Source: Candidatus Zambryskibacteria bacterium RIFCSPHIGHO2_01_FULL_43_25 (GTDB lineage: Bacteria; Patescibacteriota; Minisyncoccia; Phycocordibacterales; Zambryskibacteraceae). From it: a DNA stretch of 64,000 nt. Position numbers and translations under genes: made by a program. The DNA lies in the NCBI GenBank assembly GCA_001823695.1, contig MHVD01000015.1, positions 2,445-66,444 on the forward strand. The letters run 5' to 3'. Below the pieces are notes generated by a model. That model saw nothing but the letters and a program-made list of their open reading frames with translations, did not search any database and had not been told where the DNA came from. The stretch's first letter is position 1; each line of letters begins with the position of its first letter. Positions 27,613-35,761 of this stretch are shown piece after piece.

Positions 27613-28032
27613 TCAGGCTCTTTGCCCGCCGAGCAGGAAGATTGCCAGAAAGGCAGCCAACACGCCGACGATTTGCTTCAACGTGTACTCGCCATTCTGT
27701 ACCATGTGGTACACGACCGGCAGAGAGACCTGAACCATAATCATCATGACGAACAGCATACCAACCTGTTCCTTTGTTACCTTTGCTAGCATACTGTTGA
27801 AGGTCAAGAGCCCTGAAACTGCGACGACTCCCGCTGCCAGAGCGAATTCAATCCTTGCTGTATGCAAAGTCTGGAATCCGCTAGTGACAGCAAAGGGAAT
27901 GATCACAGTCAGGGCAACGCAGGACTGAACCAGGGAGGCAACATTCCCGTTCAGTCCGCTTCTGTTCATCAGTAGCGGCCAGAAGCCGAAAAAGATGCCT
28001 GCCAGAATTGTTCGCGAGTAGAGGTCGGTCAT
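27613..28032 (-). CDS. 4-TM EamA/SMR-like small transporter (52% GC)
   Basis: 139 aa, four predicted TM helices; AAGGA SD. Confidence 0.4.
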   Translation of the reverse strand: MTDLYSRTILAGIFFGFWPLLMNRSGLNGNVASLVQSCVALTVIIPFAVTSGFQTLHTARIEFALAAGVVAVSGLLTFNSMLAKVTKEQVGMLFVMMIMVQVSLPVVYHMVQNGEYTLKQIVGVLAAFLAIFLLGGQRA

Positions 28033-28293
28033 ATAGCCGTCCTTGCTTGAGGTTCGTTTTTCTGCTTACTATTATATCAAATTTACGGAAGTTGTCAAAT
28101 TTTCTAATGTGCGCTTTGTGACCCCACGGGCCTGCCTGCCGGCAGGCAGGGAATCGGCTAGCTGTATTTTTTTGCTGAAAAATCATCCAGCCCGCCCTCG
28201 CACCAGTGCTCCGGGCTTCGATTCTCTCCACCCAGAGATCATGACGGGTACAGAAAAAGGCCCCACACAAAATGGAACCTTTTTCTGTACCCA

Positions 28294-28365
28294 TGACCCT
28301 ACGGGGAATCGAACCCCGGTTCCAGCCTTGAGAAGGCTGTGTCCTAACCGCTAGACGATAGGGCC
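28294..28365 (-). tRNA. tRNA-Glu (anticodon CTC)
   Basis: Reverse complement GGCCCTATCGTCTAGCGGTTAGGACACAGCCTTCTCAAGGCTG...GGGGTTCGATTCCCCGTAGGGTCA folds as cloverleaf, closely resembles bacterial tRNA-Glu; no encoded CCA. Confidence 0.85.
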
Positions 28366-28432
28366 TTAAAACAGAACAAATATATCATTTTTACAAGAAA
28401 AATGTTAGATTTTTTGCTTTATTTAATTTGTT

Positions 28433-28462
28433 ATTCTAGTATTTTGCAAAACATTAGAATAG
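28433..28462. repeat. degenerate copy of palindrome c (TATTCTAGTATTTTGCAAAACATTAGAATA)
   Basis: Shares CTAGTATTTTGCAAAAC core with copies at 8671 and 58826. Confidence 0.4.
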
Positions 28463-28877
28463 ATAAGTTTGTGTTTTTATATACAGTTTGTTAGCATAAC
28501 ATAACTCCGGCACGGCGATTTGCCCCGCAATCTAAGTACCGAGCTGGGGTTGTCTGGTCGCGGGGAAGTGTCCAGACTTGTGTGGCTATGGTTAGCCTTA
28601 TCGACCATTGAGTTGGTATCGGTGCATTACCATAAGCCATCAACCCTTCCGCGAGGAAGGCGTATATTACCCTCAACGCTGTATAAGTGTTTGAGGGTAA
28701 CTTGTTTTTATACTTTCACCCTTGCCGCTCCCTGTCTTTTTTTCCACGACTCAAACTATTCTACTATTCGCGCGAATTAGAGATATGTTTAGGTTTTGTA
28801 ATAATTTGGTTTTTTTATTTTACACCTAACATTTATAATGTTATTATTTTCTCGGAAACCTGAACCTTGGAGGGTGT

Positions 28878-29213
28878 ATGGCAAGGAAAAAGAAGACTCA
28901 GCCACCCAAGTACTACGTGGAACCGATCCCGCTTGAGGGGTCCCCAGTCAATTCGTGGCTCGCCGAGAGGTTGGATGCGGAAAAGGACACCTTGAGTGCG
29001 TACGACGCTCAGGGGATCCATCACAACGTCTGGGTATGCGACCTCGAGACCATGAGACTTCTCAAGTTCATCGCCGAGAGCCGTGCGAGGGAGGGCTGGT
29101 CGTACGAGGTCTTCAACATGATGGATGACGGCCGCCTAAAGAAGATCAGGGGTGAGTATCGAGTCAAACAACCTCGCAGGGGAGTCTTCTTCCCGGCACC
29201 GACGCACTCCTGA
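28878..29213 (+). CDS. hypothetical protein, 111 aa, ~57% GC cassette
   Basis: GGAGGG SD 5 nt upstream; own terminator 29232-29271. Confidence 0.4.
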   Translation: MARKKKTQPPKYYVEPIPLEGSPVNSWLAERLDAEKDTLSAYDAQGIHHNVWVCDLETMRLLKFIAESRAREGWSYEVFNMMDDGRLKKIRGEYRVKQPRRGVFFPAPTHS

Positions 29214-29231
29214 CATCGCAAGCCACTTCAA

Positions 29232-29271
29232 ACCGCCCCCGCACATTGCGTGCGTGGGGCGGCTTTGTTTT
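29232..29271 (+). terminator. intrinsic terminator CCGCCCCCGCAC...GTGCGTGGGGCGG + TTTGTTTT
   Basis: GC stem followed by T-run. Confidence 0.5.
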
Positions 29272-29278
29272 ACTGACT

Positions 29279-29318
29279 ATTCTATTTGATATTTTGCGCA
29301 AAATATCAAATAGAATAC
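29279..29318. repeat. 40-bp perfect palindrome (family e): TATTCTATTTGATATTTTGCGCAAAATATCAAATAGAATA
   Basis: Second copy at 31669-31698. Confidence 0.5.
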
Positions 29319-29335
29319 AGTTTTACTTATGTATA

Positions 29336-29365
29336 TTGAGCTTATTATAAGTTTCAGGTTATAAT
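29336..29365 (+). promoter_or_regulatory. promoter TTGAGC-18-TATAAT with ATG 7 nt downstream (leaderless candidate)
   Basis: Read directly upstream of ogt-like gene. Confidence 0.4.
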
Positions 29366-29372
29366 TAATCTC

Positions 29373-29624
29373 ATGACCAAATTTTCTGAAAAAGTTTACA
29401 GTGTGGTATCAAAAATCCCAAAAGGGAAGACCCTAACGTACAAACAGGTTGCCCGTCTTGCCGGCAGGCCGAAAGCTTATAGAGCAGTAGGCAATATTTT
29501 AAATAAAAATACCAGCTCCAAAATTCCATGCCACAGAGTTATTCGTTCTGACGGCAAGATTGGAGGATACAGATGGGGAAGCCAGAAGAAAAAAGAAATA
29601 CTCAAAAAAGAAAAAGTTATATAG
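29373..29624 (+). CDS. O6-alkylguanine-DNA alkyltransferase C-terminal domain protein (Ogt-like, 83 aa)
   Basis: Active-site motif IPCHRVI and helix-turn-helix YKQVARLAG. Confidence 0.65.
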   Translation: MTKFSEKVYSVVSKIPKGKTLTYKQVARLAGRPKAYRAVGNILNKNTSSKIPCHRVIRSDGKIGGYRWGSQKKKEILKKEKVI

Positions 29625-29685
29625 CTTTTAACTCCTCATTTATCTTCTATATTTGTTGTTTTCTAATACTCAACCAACTATTTTC

Positions 29686-29955
29686 CTATTCGATCGAATT
29701 AGAGATGTGTTTGACGATGGGGTGAGTATTATTCGATGGGGAATACCACATCTGGAGACTTTTCTGTTCTCGGTCAACAATTCCAGCAGAATATAAAACT
29801 CCCAAATGTTTGGAAGTTGCTGTAAACGATAGTTTGATAGTATCAGCAATATCTCCAACCATTACCTTCTTTTTCTTTTTTAGGATTTTAATGATCTGAA
29901 GCCTCCTTCTGTTGGCCAGAGCTTTTAATATCTTTTCAGCTTCTTTTTCTATCAT
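29686..29955 (-). CDS. arsR: ArsR/SmtB-family HTH repressor (paralog 2)
   Basis: 89 aa, ~60% identical to paralog 1. Confidence 0.7.
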   Translation of the reverse strand: MIEKEAEKILKALANRRRLQIIKILKKKKKVMVGDIADTIKLSFTATSKHLGVLYSAGIVDREQKSLQMWYSPSNNTHPIVKHISNSIE

Positions 29956-29961
29956 ACAATC

Positions 29962-30001
29962 ATAATAAACTATTTTCTAATTCGTACAAATTAGAAAATA
30001 G
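29962..30001 (-). promoter_or_regulatory. leaderless-type promoter TTTGTA-17-TATTAT overlapped by 32-bp palindrome CTATTTTCTAATT-CGTACA-AATTAGAAAATAG (candidate ArsR2 operator)
   Basis: 13-bp perfect arms; -10 lies 6 nt before ATG. Confidence 0.5.
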
Positions 30002-30065
30002 TGTATATGTTAGCTATGACTAGTTGCCGAACCAGCATTAGTGATTGTTTTTTAAGGCAACCAGT

Positions 30066-30323
30066 TTACATCCTAGACTTTACAAGTGTGGACAGTTCAT
30101 TTATGTGGGCTTCTTTGTCTGCGGTCATTTTTTGCCAGAAGGCGAGCACTTCTGCGTCTCCCTCGGCGTCTTTGAGATATTCGTCTTTTATGCGCCAGAG
30201 ACTTCTGTTTTCAACTGTAAGCTGAAGCAGGAGGTTGTATAAATTATTTTTGAGCATTTTGCAAAAGCTAGCTAATAATGATTGATTATATAACAAATCT
30301 CGTGCGAGATATTGGTTCCGCAT
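30066..30323 (-). CDS. hypothetical helical protein (85 aa)
   Basis: ORF only. Confidence 0.25.
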   Translation of the reverse strand: MRNQYLARDLLYNQSLLASFCKMLKNNLYNLLLQLTVENRSLWRIKDEYLKDAEGDAEVLAFWQKMTADKEAHINELSTLVKSRM

Positions 30324-30389
30324 GATGTGGGGCCGGTTTCTAATGGGGCGATGAAAGCATCAAAAAAAGCGAAAAGTCTCAAAAACCCA

Positions 30390-30427
30390 TTGGTATAATA
30401 AATAACGATCGTTATTTATTATACCAA
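30390..30427. repeat. 38-bp perfect palindrome (family d): TTGGTATAATAAATAACGATCGTTATTTATTATACCAA
   Basis: Identical copies at 35049-35084 and 58917-58954; each arm contains extended -10-like TGGTATAAT. Confidence 0.55.
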
Positions 30428-30502
30428 TCCGGAAATTCAAAAAAAGTGATGGCAAGAGGGAGAGTGAATTGGGGAAAATCAATGAAATCTTACAACGGGA
30501 CA

Positions 30503-30540
30503 AATGAAAAAGCGGGGCCGAGTTTGCTCATCGGCCCCGC
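30503..30540 (-). terminator. intrinsic terminator GCGGGGCCGAGTTTGCTCATCGGCCCCGC + T-run (- strand)
   Basis: Read directly downstream of GC-rich gene. Confidence 0.55.
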
Positions 30541-30560
30541 TATGGGGAGTGAATGACGAG

Positions 30561-30926
30561 TCAGTCCCCAACGCGTTTGTCGTATCTGATCGTACGGTCG
30601 AAGGCATCATCTTCATTTACATCCTCGACCAGTTGACGGACTCTTTCCGTCTGCTGGTCTGGTCTCGATGCCTTCCTGCCGGACCGTTGAGGCCTGGGCG
30701 ACCTCCGCACCTGACTTATTGGTGGGTCGGTGGCCTTCTGCCCAGCGGTCATAATGCGCCTCTTGAACTCCTTGAGGCTTTCCTTGGGGCCCCTGTACAT
30801 CTCGTAGTACTCGTTCCAGGCCCTGTACCCGGCGGTTTGGTAGTCACCCTCCCGCTTGATCTCAAGGACTCTCCTATCGATCGCGGAACGGATTTCAACC
30901 TCGGCCATACCCTTGATGTTGGCCAT
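30561..30926 (-). CDS. hypothetical protein, 121 aa, ~60% GC cassette
   Basis: GGGAGAGG SD; own terminator. Confidence 0.4.
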   Translation of the reverse strand: MANIKGMAEVEIRSAIDRRVLEIKREGDYQTAGYRAWNEYYEMYRGPKESLKEFKRRIMTAGQKATDPPISQVRRSPRPQRSGRKASRPDQQTERVRQLVEDVNEDDAFDRTIRYDKRVGD

Positions 30927-31144
30927 TGTTCCTCTCCCGTGAACAATGTGAGACGACGTACGCCTTCTAATGTTTATTGTAGCATATTAGATATTAAAAG
31001 TCAATATAAAGTGTGGAAAAATTAGAAATATAGCTCTACGTAAGGGTTTTTTACAGGTAAAAAATTTTCGCATAGCTTATCCAGCCAAAACTAAAAACAT
31101 TCTCATATTCTTAAGAATATGAGAATGTTTTATTTCTGAATTTA

Positions 31145-31591
31145 TTAAAACAATGAATCAACGATATCTTTGATATCTTTGCCATCAGCTTTGCCTTTAA
31201 GCTCTTTGGCGATTGCACCCATAAGCATTCCTATTTTTGAAGGGTCTGTTATACCGAGTTCGTTTTTCTTCTTTTGGGCGATTGGTAATATTTCATCTTT
31301 GGACATCATTTTTGGGGCGTATTCTTCAAGGATTGCCAATTCCTTCTTTTCTTCATCTACCAAATCCTGACGGCCGCCTTTCTCAAACTGTTCAATTGAA
31401 TCTTTGTGCTGTTTTATACTGCGCATAATGACGGCAACTGCTTCGTCATCAGCGAGCTTCTCTGTTGGCTTCCTTCGTTTGGCGACAAGTTCGTTTGTAA
31501 ATGCTGCCAGAAGACCTCGCAGGGTATTGAGCCGGACTGTATCGCGGGCTTTCATAACCGCGGCTATTTCTTGTTGGATTTTGTCGTGCAT
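31145..31591 (-). CDS. yqeY: GatB/YqeY-domain protein
   Basis: LRGLLAAFTNEL ... DPSKIGMLMGAIAKELKGKADG YqeY signature; start at MHDKIQ. Confidence 0.75.
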   Translation of the reverse strand: MHDKIQQEIAAVMKARDTVRLNTLRGLLAAFTNELVAKRRKPTEKLADDEAVAVIMRSIKQHKDSIEQFEKGGRQDLVDEEKKELAILEEYAPKMMSKDEILPIAQKKKNELGITDPSKIGMLMGAIAKELKGKADGKDIKDIVDSLF

Positions 31592-31668
31592 GATAATTTC
31601 ATTATAACTAATAACAAACAACCTACAACTTACAACAAAAAACAAAAGACGAAAAACTAAACATTATT

Positions 31669-31698
31669 ATATTTGATATTTTGCGCAAAATATCAAAT
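31669..31698. repeat. palindrome family e copy 2 (TATTTGATATTTTGCGCAAAATATCAAATA)
   Basis: Identical 30-bp core to 29279-29318. Confidence 0.45.
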
Positions 31699-31757
31699 AG
31701 ATAAGGTAAAAAATAAACGAAGTTTAGTTAACTATGCAAAGCCGGACTTTGCATAAA

Positions 31758-31946
31758 CTAAAATTCTCCCAATAAGGTATAAGCTACAACCATAGCCAGT
31801 AATACTAAAATCCCCGCTAACTCTGGTTTAATACCAATTCTGAACGTTTCTTTACCCTGCATATTACAAAGAATTAAAACAAAAATGTGCCATATACCAA
31901 CTAAACTAAAAAATATAACGGTATTTTGTAGAACGTGGCTAATCAT
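31758..31946 (-). CDS. small hydrophobic protein (62 aa)
   Basis: 2 TM helices; start overlaps upstream stop (ATGA). Confidence 0.3.
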   Translation of the reverse strand: MISHVLQNTVIFFSLVGIWHIFVLILCNMQGKETFRIGIKPELAGILVLLAMVVAYTLLGEF

Positions 31947-32089
31947 TTATCTAACTTTCTAAGTATCTCTATCTGCTTAGCTAATATAACCGCCAATATA
32001 AAAACTATAAACCATTGTGATGTTTCTTGAATATAGAGAAAGCCAAGAATCACTACAACCGCAAACCAAGCTATTGGATATTTATTCAT
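31943..32089 (-). CDS. small hydrophobic protein (48 aa)
   Basis: Manual translation MNKYPIAWFAVVVILGFLYIQETSQWFIVFILAVILAKQIEILRKLDK. Confidence 0.3.
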   Translation of the reverse strand: MNKYPIAWFAVVVILGFLYIQETSQWFIVFILAVILAKQIEILRKLDK

Positions 32090-32101
32090 AATTAAATTAT
32101 A

Positions 32102-32674
32102 TCACTCTTCATCAATAACAAACTGGTACTCATAATTCAAGCGGGTATCAGTTGAGGAAGTATTTTCTCTAGGAACAATATTTATAAGAGTTACTCTAAA
32201 GTTTTTTCTATAGATATCTATAACACGCGAGTTATTGGGAGAGGTCTGGTAGAAAGTAAACAAGTCCTTTTCCTTAGGTTCTAATTGGTATGAATATGCA
32301 GAACCACTACTCTGTGGAGCCATTTCATCTGGCAATTGAGAAAAAGCCATATTTCTAACTAAAGTTATTTGATGGGCAGGGTCAGGATTTTCAAAGGTCT
32401 TAAATGGTCTTAATGTCCCACCTCCCAACTGAATAACATTTGTTTCCTGCGGATATCCTCTTAGAAATATACTTGCTGTAAAGTCAGAGGTTAAAGGTTT
32501 TCCAAGAGGATTATCAACCCAGCCAAAACGGACAAAGACACCATAAATTGCAGCAAAAAAAAGCAATGCAATACCTATTCCCCGCAAGGCTTTTAGTAGG
32601 GCAAAATACCATTTACCCAACTTTAAGTCCTTTATTATACCACCAAGTGTTTTTTCAGGGTCAAATTCACCCAT
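32102..32674 (-). CDS. hypothetical membrane-anchored protein (190 aa)
   Basis: One TM near N-terminus; no motif. Confidence 0.35.
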   Translation of the reverse strand: MGEFDPEKTLGGIIKDLKLGKWYFALLKALRGIGIALLFFAAIYGVFVRFGWVDNPLGKPLTSDFTASIFLRGYPQETNVIQLGGGTLRPFKTFENPDPAHQITLVRNMAFSQLPDEMAPQSSGSAYSYQLEPKEKDLFTFYQTSPNNSRVIDIYRKNFRVTLINIVPRENTSSTDTRLNYEYQFVIDEE

Positions 32675-32804
32675 AAGGAGTAGTAACCCTACTATAATAG
32701 CAAAAAAATAAACTACTTATTACAGTGGTATAAGTACAAAAAAATAAAAGCTAAGTAGCCAACAAGCTAGAAAGCTTATAAGCTAGTCTGTTATAATAGA
32801 CCAA

Positions 32805-33884
32805 ATGCAGACGATTCTCATTGTTCTAATAGTTTTTTTGGTCCTTCTTTCGGGGGCGCTTTTTTGGTTACTTTTTCGCGGACACAGAAAAGAGAATGGG
32901 CAAGATGGGATGGTGCTTCTACAGAACCAATTTAACGACCTTATACGAACCATAGACAGCAAACTGGGCGAATCACGCAAGGAAATGAGCGAGGCCGTTA
33001 AACACCAATTTAGCGAATCCCAGCGGCTCATAAGAGAGATAAATGAGGAAGTTAGCAAGAATCTTCTTGAGGTTGCCAAAGAACAGACCAAAGCAAATGA
33101 AGCCACGCGTCAGTTTGTGACAATTGCGGAACAATTGGCGAATTTGGAAAAGGTTTTGAAGCATCAGAAACAAAGAGGGAATCTGGGCGAGGCATCGCTC
33201 AAGCTCATTCTTGAAAATATACTGCCGCCAACTTCTTTCAAAATGCAGTATGAGTTTCCCGGCGGCGATGTCGTGGACGCGGTGATTATCACAAAAGACG
33301 GATTTATACCGATAGATGCCAAATTCTCGCTGGATAATTATCAGCGGGTTACGCAGGCAGTTGATGAAAATCAGAGGGAAGAGCTAGAAAAAGAATTCAG
33401 GAACGATTTGAAAAAGAGGATTGACGAAACCTCCAAGTATGTGCGGCCCAGCGACGGCACATTGCCATTTGCCTTTATGTATATTCCAGCGGAGGCGATC
33501 TACTACGACCTGCTTATAAACGAAGTTGGGGCGGTGAAAGTGAATACCCGCAACCTGATTGACTACGCTTACAATGAAAGGAAAGTGATTATCGTGTCGC
33601 CGACAACTTTCGCGGCGTATCTGCAATCAGTTTTGTATGGATTTAGAGCGTTCAAGATTGAAGAGAGCGCAAAGGACATAATGAAGCGGGTAGGGGAACT
33701 GGGCAGGCATCTCAAAGCGCACGATGACTATATGGGCAAACTAGGCAGTTCAATATCAACAACTGTAAACCATTACAATGCCGCTTATAAAGAGCTTGGA
33801 AAGATAGACAAGGATGTGGTTCGCATCACGGGAGAATCTCCGGGGATAGAGCCAGTAGTGCTGGATAGGCCTAGCACGGAATAA
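32805..33884 (+). CDS. rmuC: DNA recombination protein RmuC
   Basis: N-terminal TM + coiled coil + RmuC C-domain. Confidence 0.8.
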   Translation: MQTILIVLIVFLVLLSGALFWLLFRGHRKENGQDGMVLLQNQFNDLIRTIDSKLGESRKEMSEAVKHQFSESQRLIREINEEVSKNLLEVAKEQTKANEATRQFVTIAEQLANLEKVLKHQKQRGNLGEASLKLILENILPPTSFKMQYEFPGGDVVDAVIITKDGFIPIDAKFSLDNYQRVTQAVDENQREELEKEFRNDLKKRIDETSKYVRPSDGTLPFAFMYIPAEAIYYDLLINEVGAVKVNTRNLIDYAYNERKVIIVSPTTFAAYLQSVLYGFRAFKIEESAKDIMKRVGELGRHLKAHDDYMGKLGSSISTTVNHYNAAYKELGKIDKDVVRITGESPGIEPVVLDRPSTE

Positions 33885-33906
33885 AGAATCAGGAATAAAG
33901 AATACA
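33877..33906 (+). repeat. stop-codon-overlapping tandem repeat GGAATAAAGAAT x2 (family f)
   Basis: rmuC TAA lies within first repeat unit. Confidence 0.45.
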
Positions 33907-33993
33907 AAAAGAGAAGCAATCTTAATTGACAACATACTAACAAACTTAAGTTTGTTAGTATGTTGTATTTGTGATGTAGTTATATAAAAAGAA

Positions 33994-34019
33994 ACCCGCC
34001 TCTCTAGTCGGAGGCGGGT
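33994..34019 (-). terminator. hairpin ACCCGCCTC...GAGGCGGGT + T-run (- strand)
   Basis: Immediately after small GC-rich ORF. Confidence 0.4.
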
Positions 34020-34129
34020 CAGCTCCGATTTCTTTTCTCCGGCTTGAACCTGATGGCTACAACGATGGCAACAACAGCAACAGCTGCGGTGCCGCAGATG
34101 ACGAGAATGGACACTGTGTCGGCGGACAT
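34019..34129 (-). CDS. 36-aa single-TM peptide (GC-rich)
   Basis: Manual translation MSADTVSILVICGTAAVAVVAIVVAIRFKPEKRNRS; AAGGTG SD. Confidence 0.3.
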   Translation of the reverse strand: MSADTVSILVICGTAAVAVVAIVVAIRFKPEKRNRS

Positions 34130-34283
34130 CGTTCACCTTGTTGTTGTGAGTGGGTTCTATGTTTCCAAAAGTATAATAGCATACTAAATATATATTTGTC
34201 AAATCTAAAACATGATCTCATAAAATACAGCTTTCACACTTGCTTTAGTAAGTATTATCCAGTAATATATTGCCTCGTATGGT

Positions 34284-34426
34284 CCCGTAAGAAACCCTGC
34301 CTGTGCAGGCAGGCGCGGTCACGGTTTCAGTTGGAACTGAATAATAGGCATGTCTTATAAGGGGTATAATATTTACAAATATAATTTTTAGCAGGGTGCG
34401 GCTGACCGCGACCTGTTTCTAACGGG
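34284..34426 (+). repeat. start-codon-abutting element (family g), short copy upstream of rplU
   Basis: TCCCGTAAGAAAC ... GACCTGTTTCTAACGGG fused to ATG. Confidence 0.5.
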
Positions 34427-34837
34427 ATGGCAGATAAAAAAGAAACTATCAAAAAAGCTACAAGTGCTCCTAAAAAGAGCTCGGCTAAAGTTGTGGCAAA
34501 AGAAAAACCTGCGACCAAGGGTGGGAAGGTGGAATCGGCTGTTATATTTACAGGAGGCAAGCAATATATCGTTTCGTCAGGAGACAGATTGAAGATTGAA
34601 AAGATAAAAGGGGATTATAAAGAGGGCGACAAGGTGAAGTTTGATAAAGTATTACTTACCGTAAATGGCGGTAAAGCGACACTGGGCAACCCCTTTATTT
34701 CCGGCGCGTCAGTTTCGGCGACAATTTCAAAGATAGGAAAAGCCAAGAAGGTTACGGTTATAAAATATAAACAAAAAAGCCGATATTTCAAAAAGCGAGG
34801 ACACAGGCAGCCATTTTTTGAAGTTGTGATTGACTAG
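34427..34837 (+). CDS. rplU: 50S ribosomal protein L21 with Lys-rich N-extension
   Basis: Core YIVSSGDRLKIEKI...VKFDKVLL matches L21. Confidence 0.85.
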   Translation: MADKKETIKKATSAPKKSSAKVVAKEKPATKGGKVESAVIFTGGKQYIVSSGDRLKIEKIKGDYKEGDKVKFDKVLLTVNGGKATLGNPFISGASVSATISKIGKAKKVTVIKYKQKSRYFKKRGHRQPFFEVVID

Positions 34838-34872
34838 CGTTAAAGAACTAATTTTGATTTGGGGAAAATTGG

Positions 34873-34914
34873 AATCATCACATATTTTTGCTATAGCAAA
34901 AATATGTGATGATT
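34873..34914. repeat. 42-bp perfect palindrome AATCATCACATATTTTTGCTA|TAGCAAAAATATGTGATGATT
   Basis: Single copy between convergent rplU and recR. Confidence 0.45.
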
Positions 34915-35048
34915 TTCCTAACTAGGAAATTTCGCATTAGGGCATCCTATCCAAGGGCGACATCGTTTAATTGTATTAGCCGCCAAGAGGGTGAAGAGGA
35001 GCTTATTGTGTAACTGCGGAAAATCCCCAGTCTCCAATAAATTGTTAA

Positions 35049-35084
35049 TGGTATAATAAATAACGATCGTTATTTATTATACCA
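35049..35084. repeat. palindrome family d copy 2
   Basis: Identical to 30390-30427 core. Confidence 0.55.
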
Positions 35085-35136
35085 ATTAGAAAAACGTCAA
35101 AATTTAAGGAAACGTCAAGATTCTGTTATTAAGAAA

Positions 35137-35760
35137 TCAATGCCTGTTTTTAAGGGCGTTCTCCAGGGTGTCCGGGTCAGAATATTCAAGTTCGGTGCCG
35201 GTGGAAAGCCCCCGGCCGAGAGTTGAGAGGGTAATTTTGTGCTTTTTAGCTATCGGCGCAAGCAATCCCTGCAAGTATCTCGCGGTATTGTCTCCTTCGG
35301 CGTTTACATTCATTGCAAGAATTATTTCTTTCAATCCGCTTTCTCCGACGGTATGTTTTTCAATCACTTTTTTTAACTCACTTTCCCGGATTTTCTTATT
35401 TGGCTCCTTTTCCAAAATGGGCACAGTTCCGCCGAGCACAAAGTAAAATCCCTTAAAAAGACCGGTTTTTTCCACACTTTCAAAGTCAATATCTCGGGCG
35501 ACAATCATCAGAATTCCTCTGTCCCGATTTTTATCTCGGCATATTGGGCATGTGGGGGAGTTTCCTTTCTCTTTCGTAAAAAAACGGAAACAGGTATCGC
35601 AGGAAATAATATCAGAGCCGAGCTCGGTAAGGGTTTTAACAAGTTCGCCTCTAAGACCGGAATTGCGCGATATTAAAAAGTAAACAAGGCGCCTGGCCTG
35701 TCTTGGGCCGATACCGGGAAATTCCGAAAATAATTTGGCTAGTCTTTCTATACTGTTCAT
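35137..35760 (-). CDS. recR: recombination protein RecR
   Basis: HhH, C4 zinc finger (CDTC...CPIC), Toprim. Confidence 0.85.
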   Translation of the reverse strand: MNSIERLAKLFSEFPGIGPRQARRLVYFLISRNSGLRGELVKTLTELGSDIISCDTCFRFFTKEKGNSPTCPICRDKNRDRGILMIVARDIDFESVEKTGLFKGFYFVLGGTVPILEKEPNKKIRESELKKVIEKHTVGESGLKEIILAMNVNAEGDNTARYLQGLLAPIAKKHKITLSTLGRGLSTGTELEYSDPDTLENALKNRH

Positions 35761-35761
35761 C

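Noticed and set aside
28196-28240. Second tRNA suggested by GGGCTTCGATTC
   Set aside because: No complementary T-stem, acceptor stem or anticodon arm can be built on either strand; likely a tRNA fragment or att remnant.
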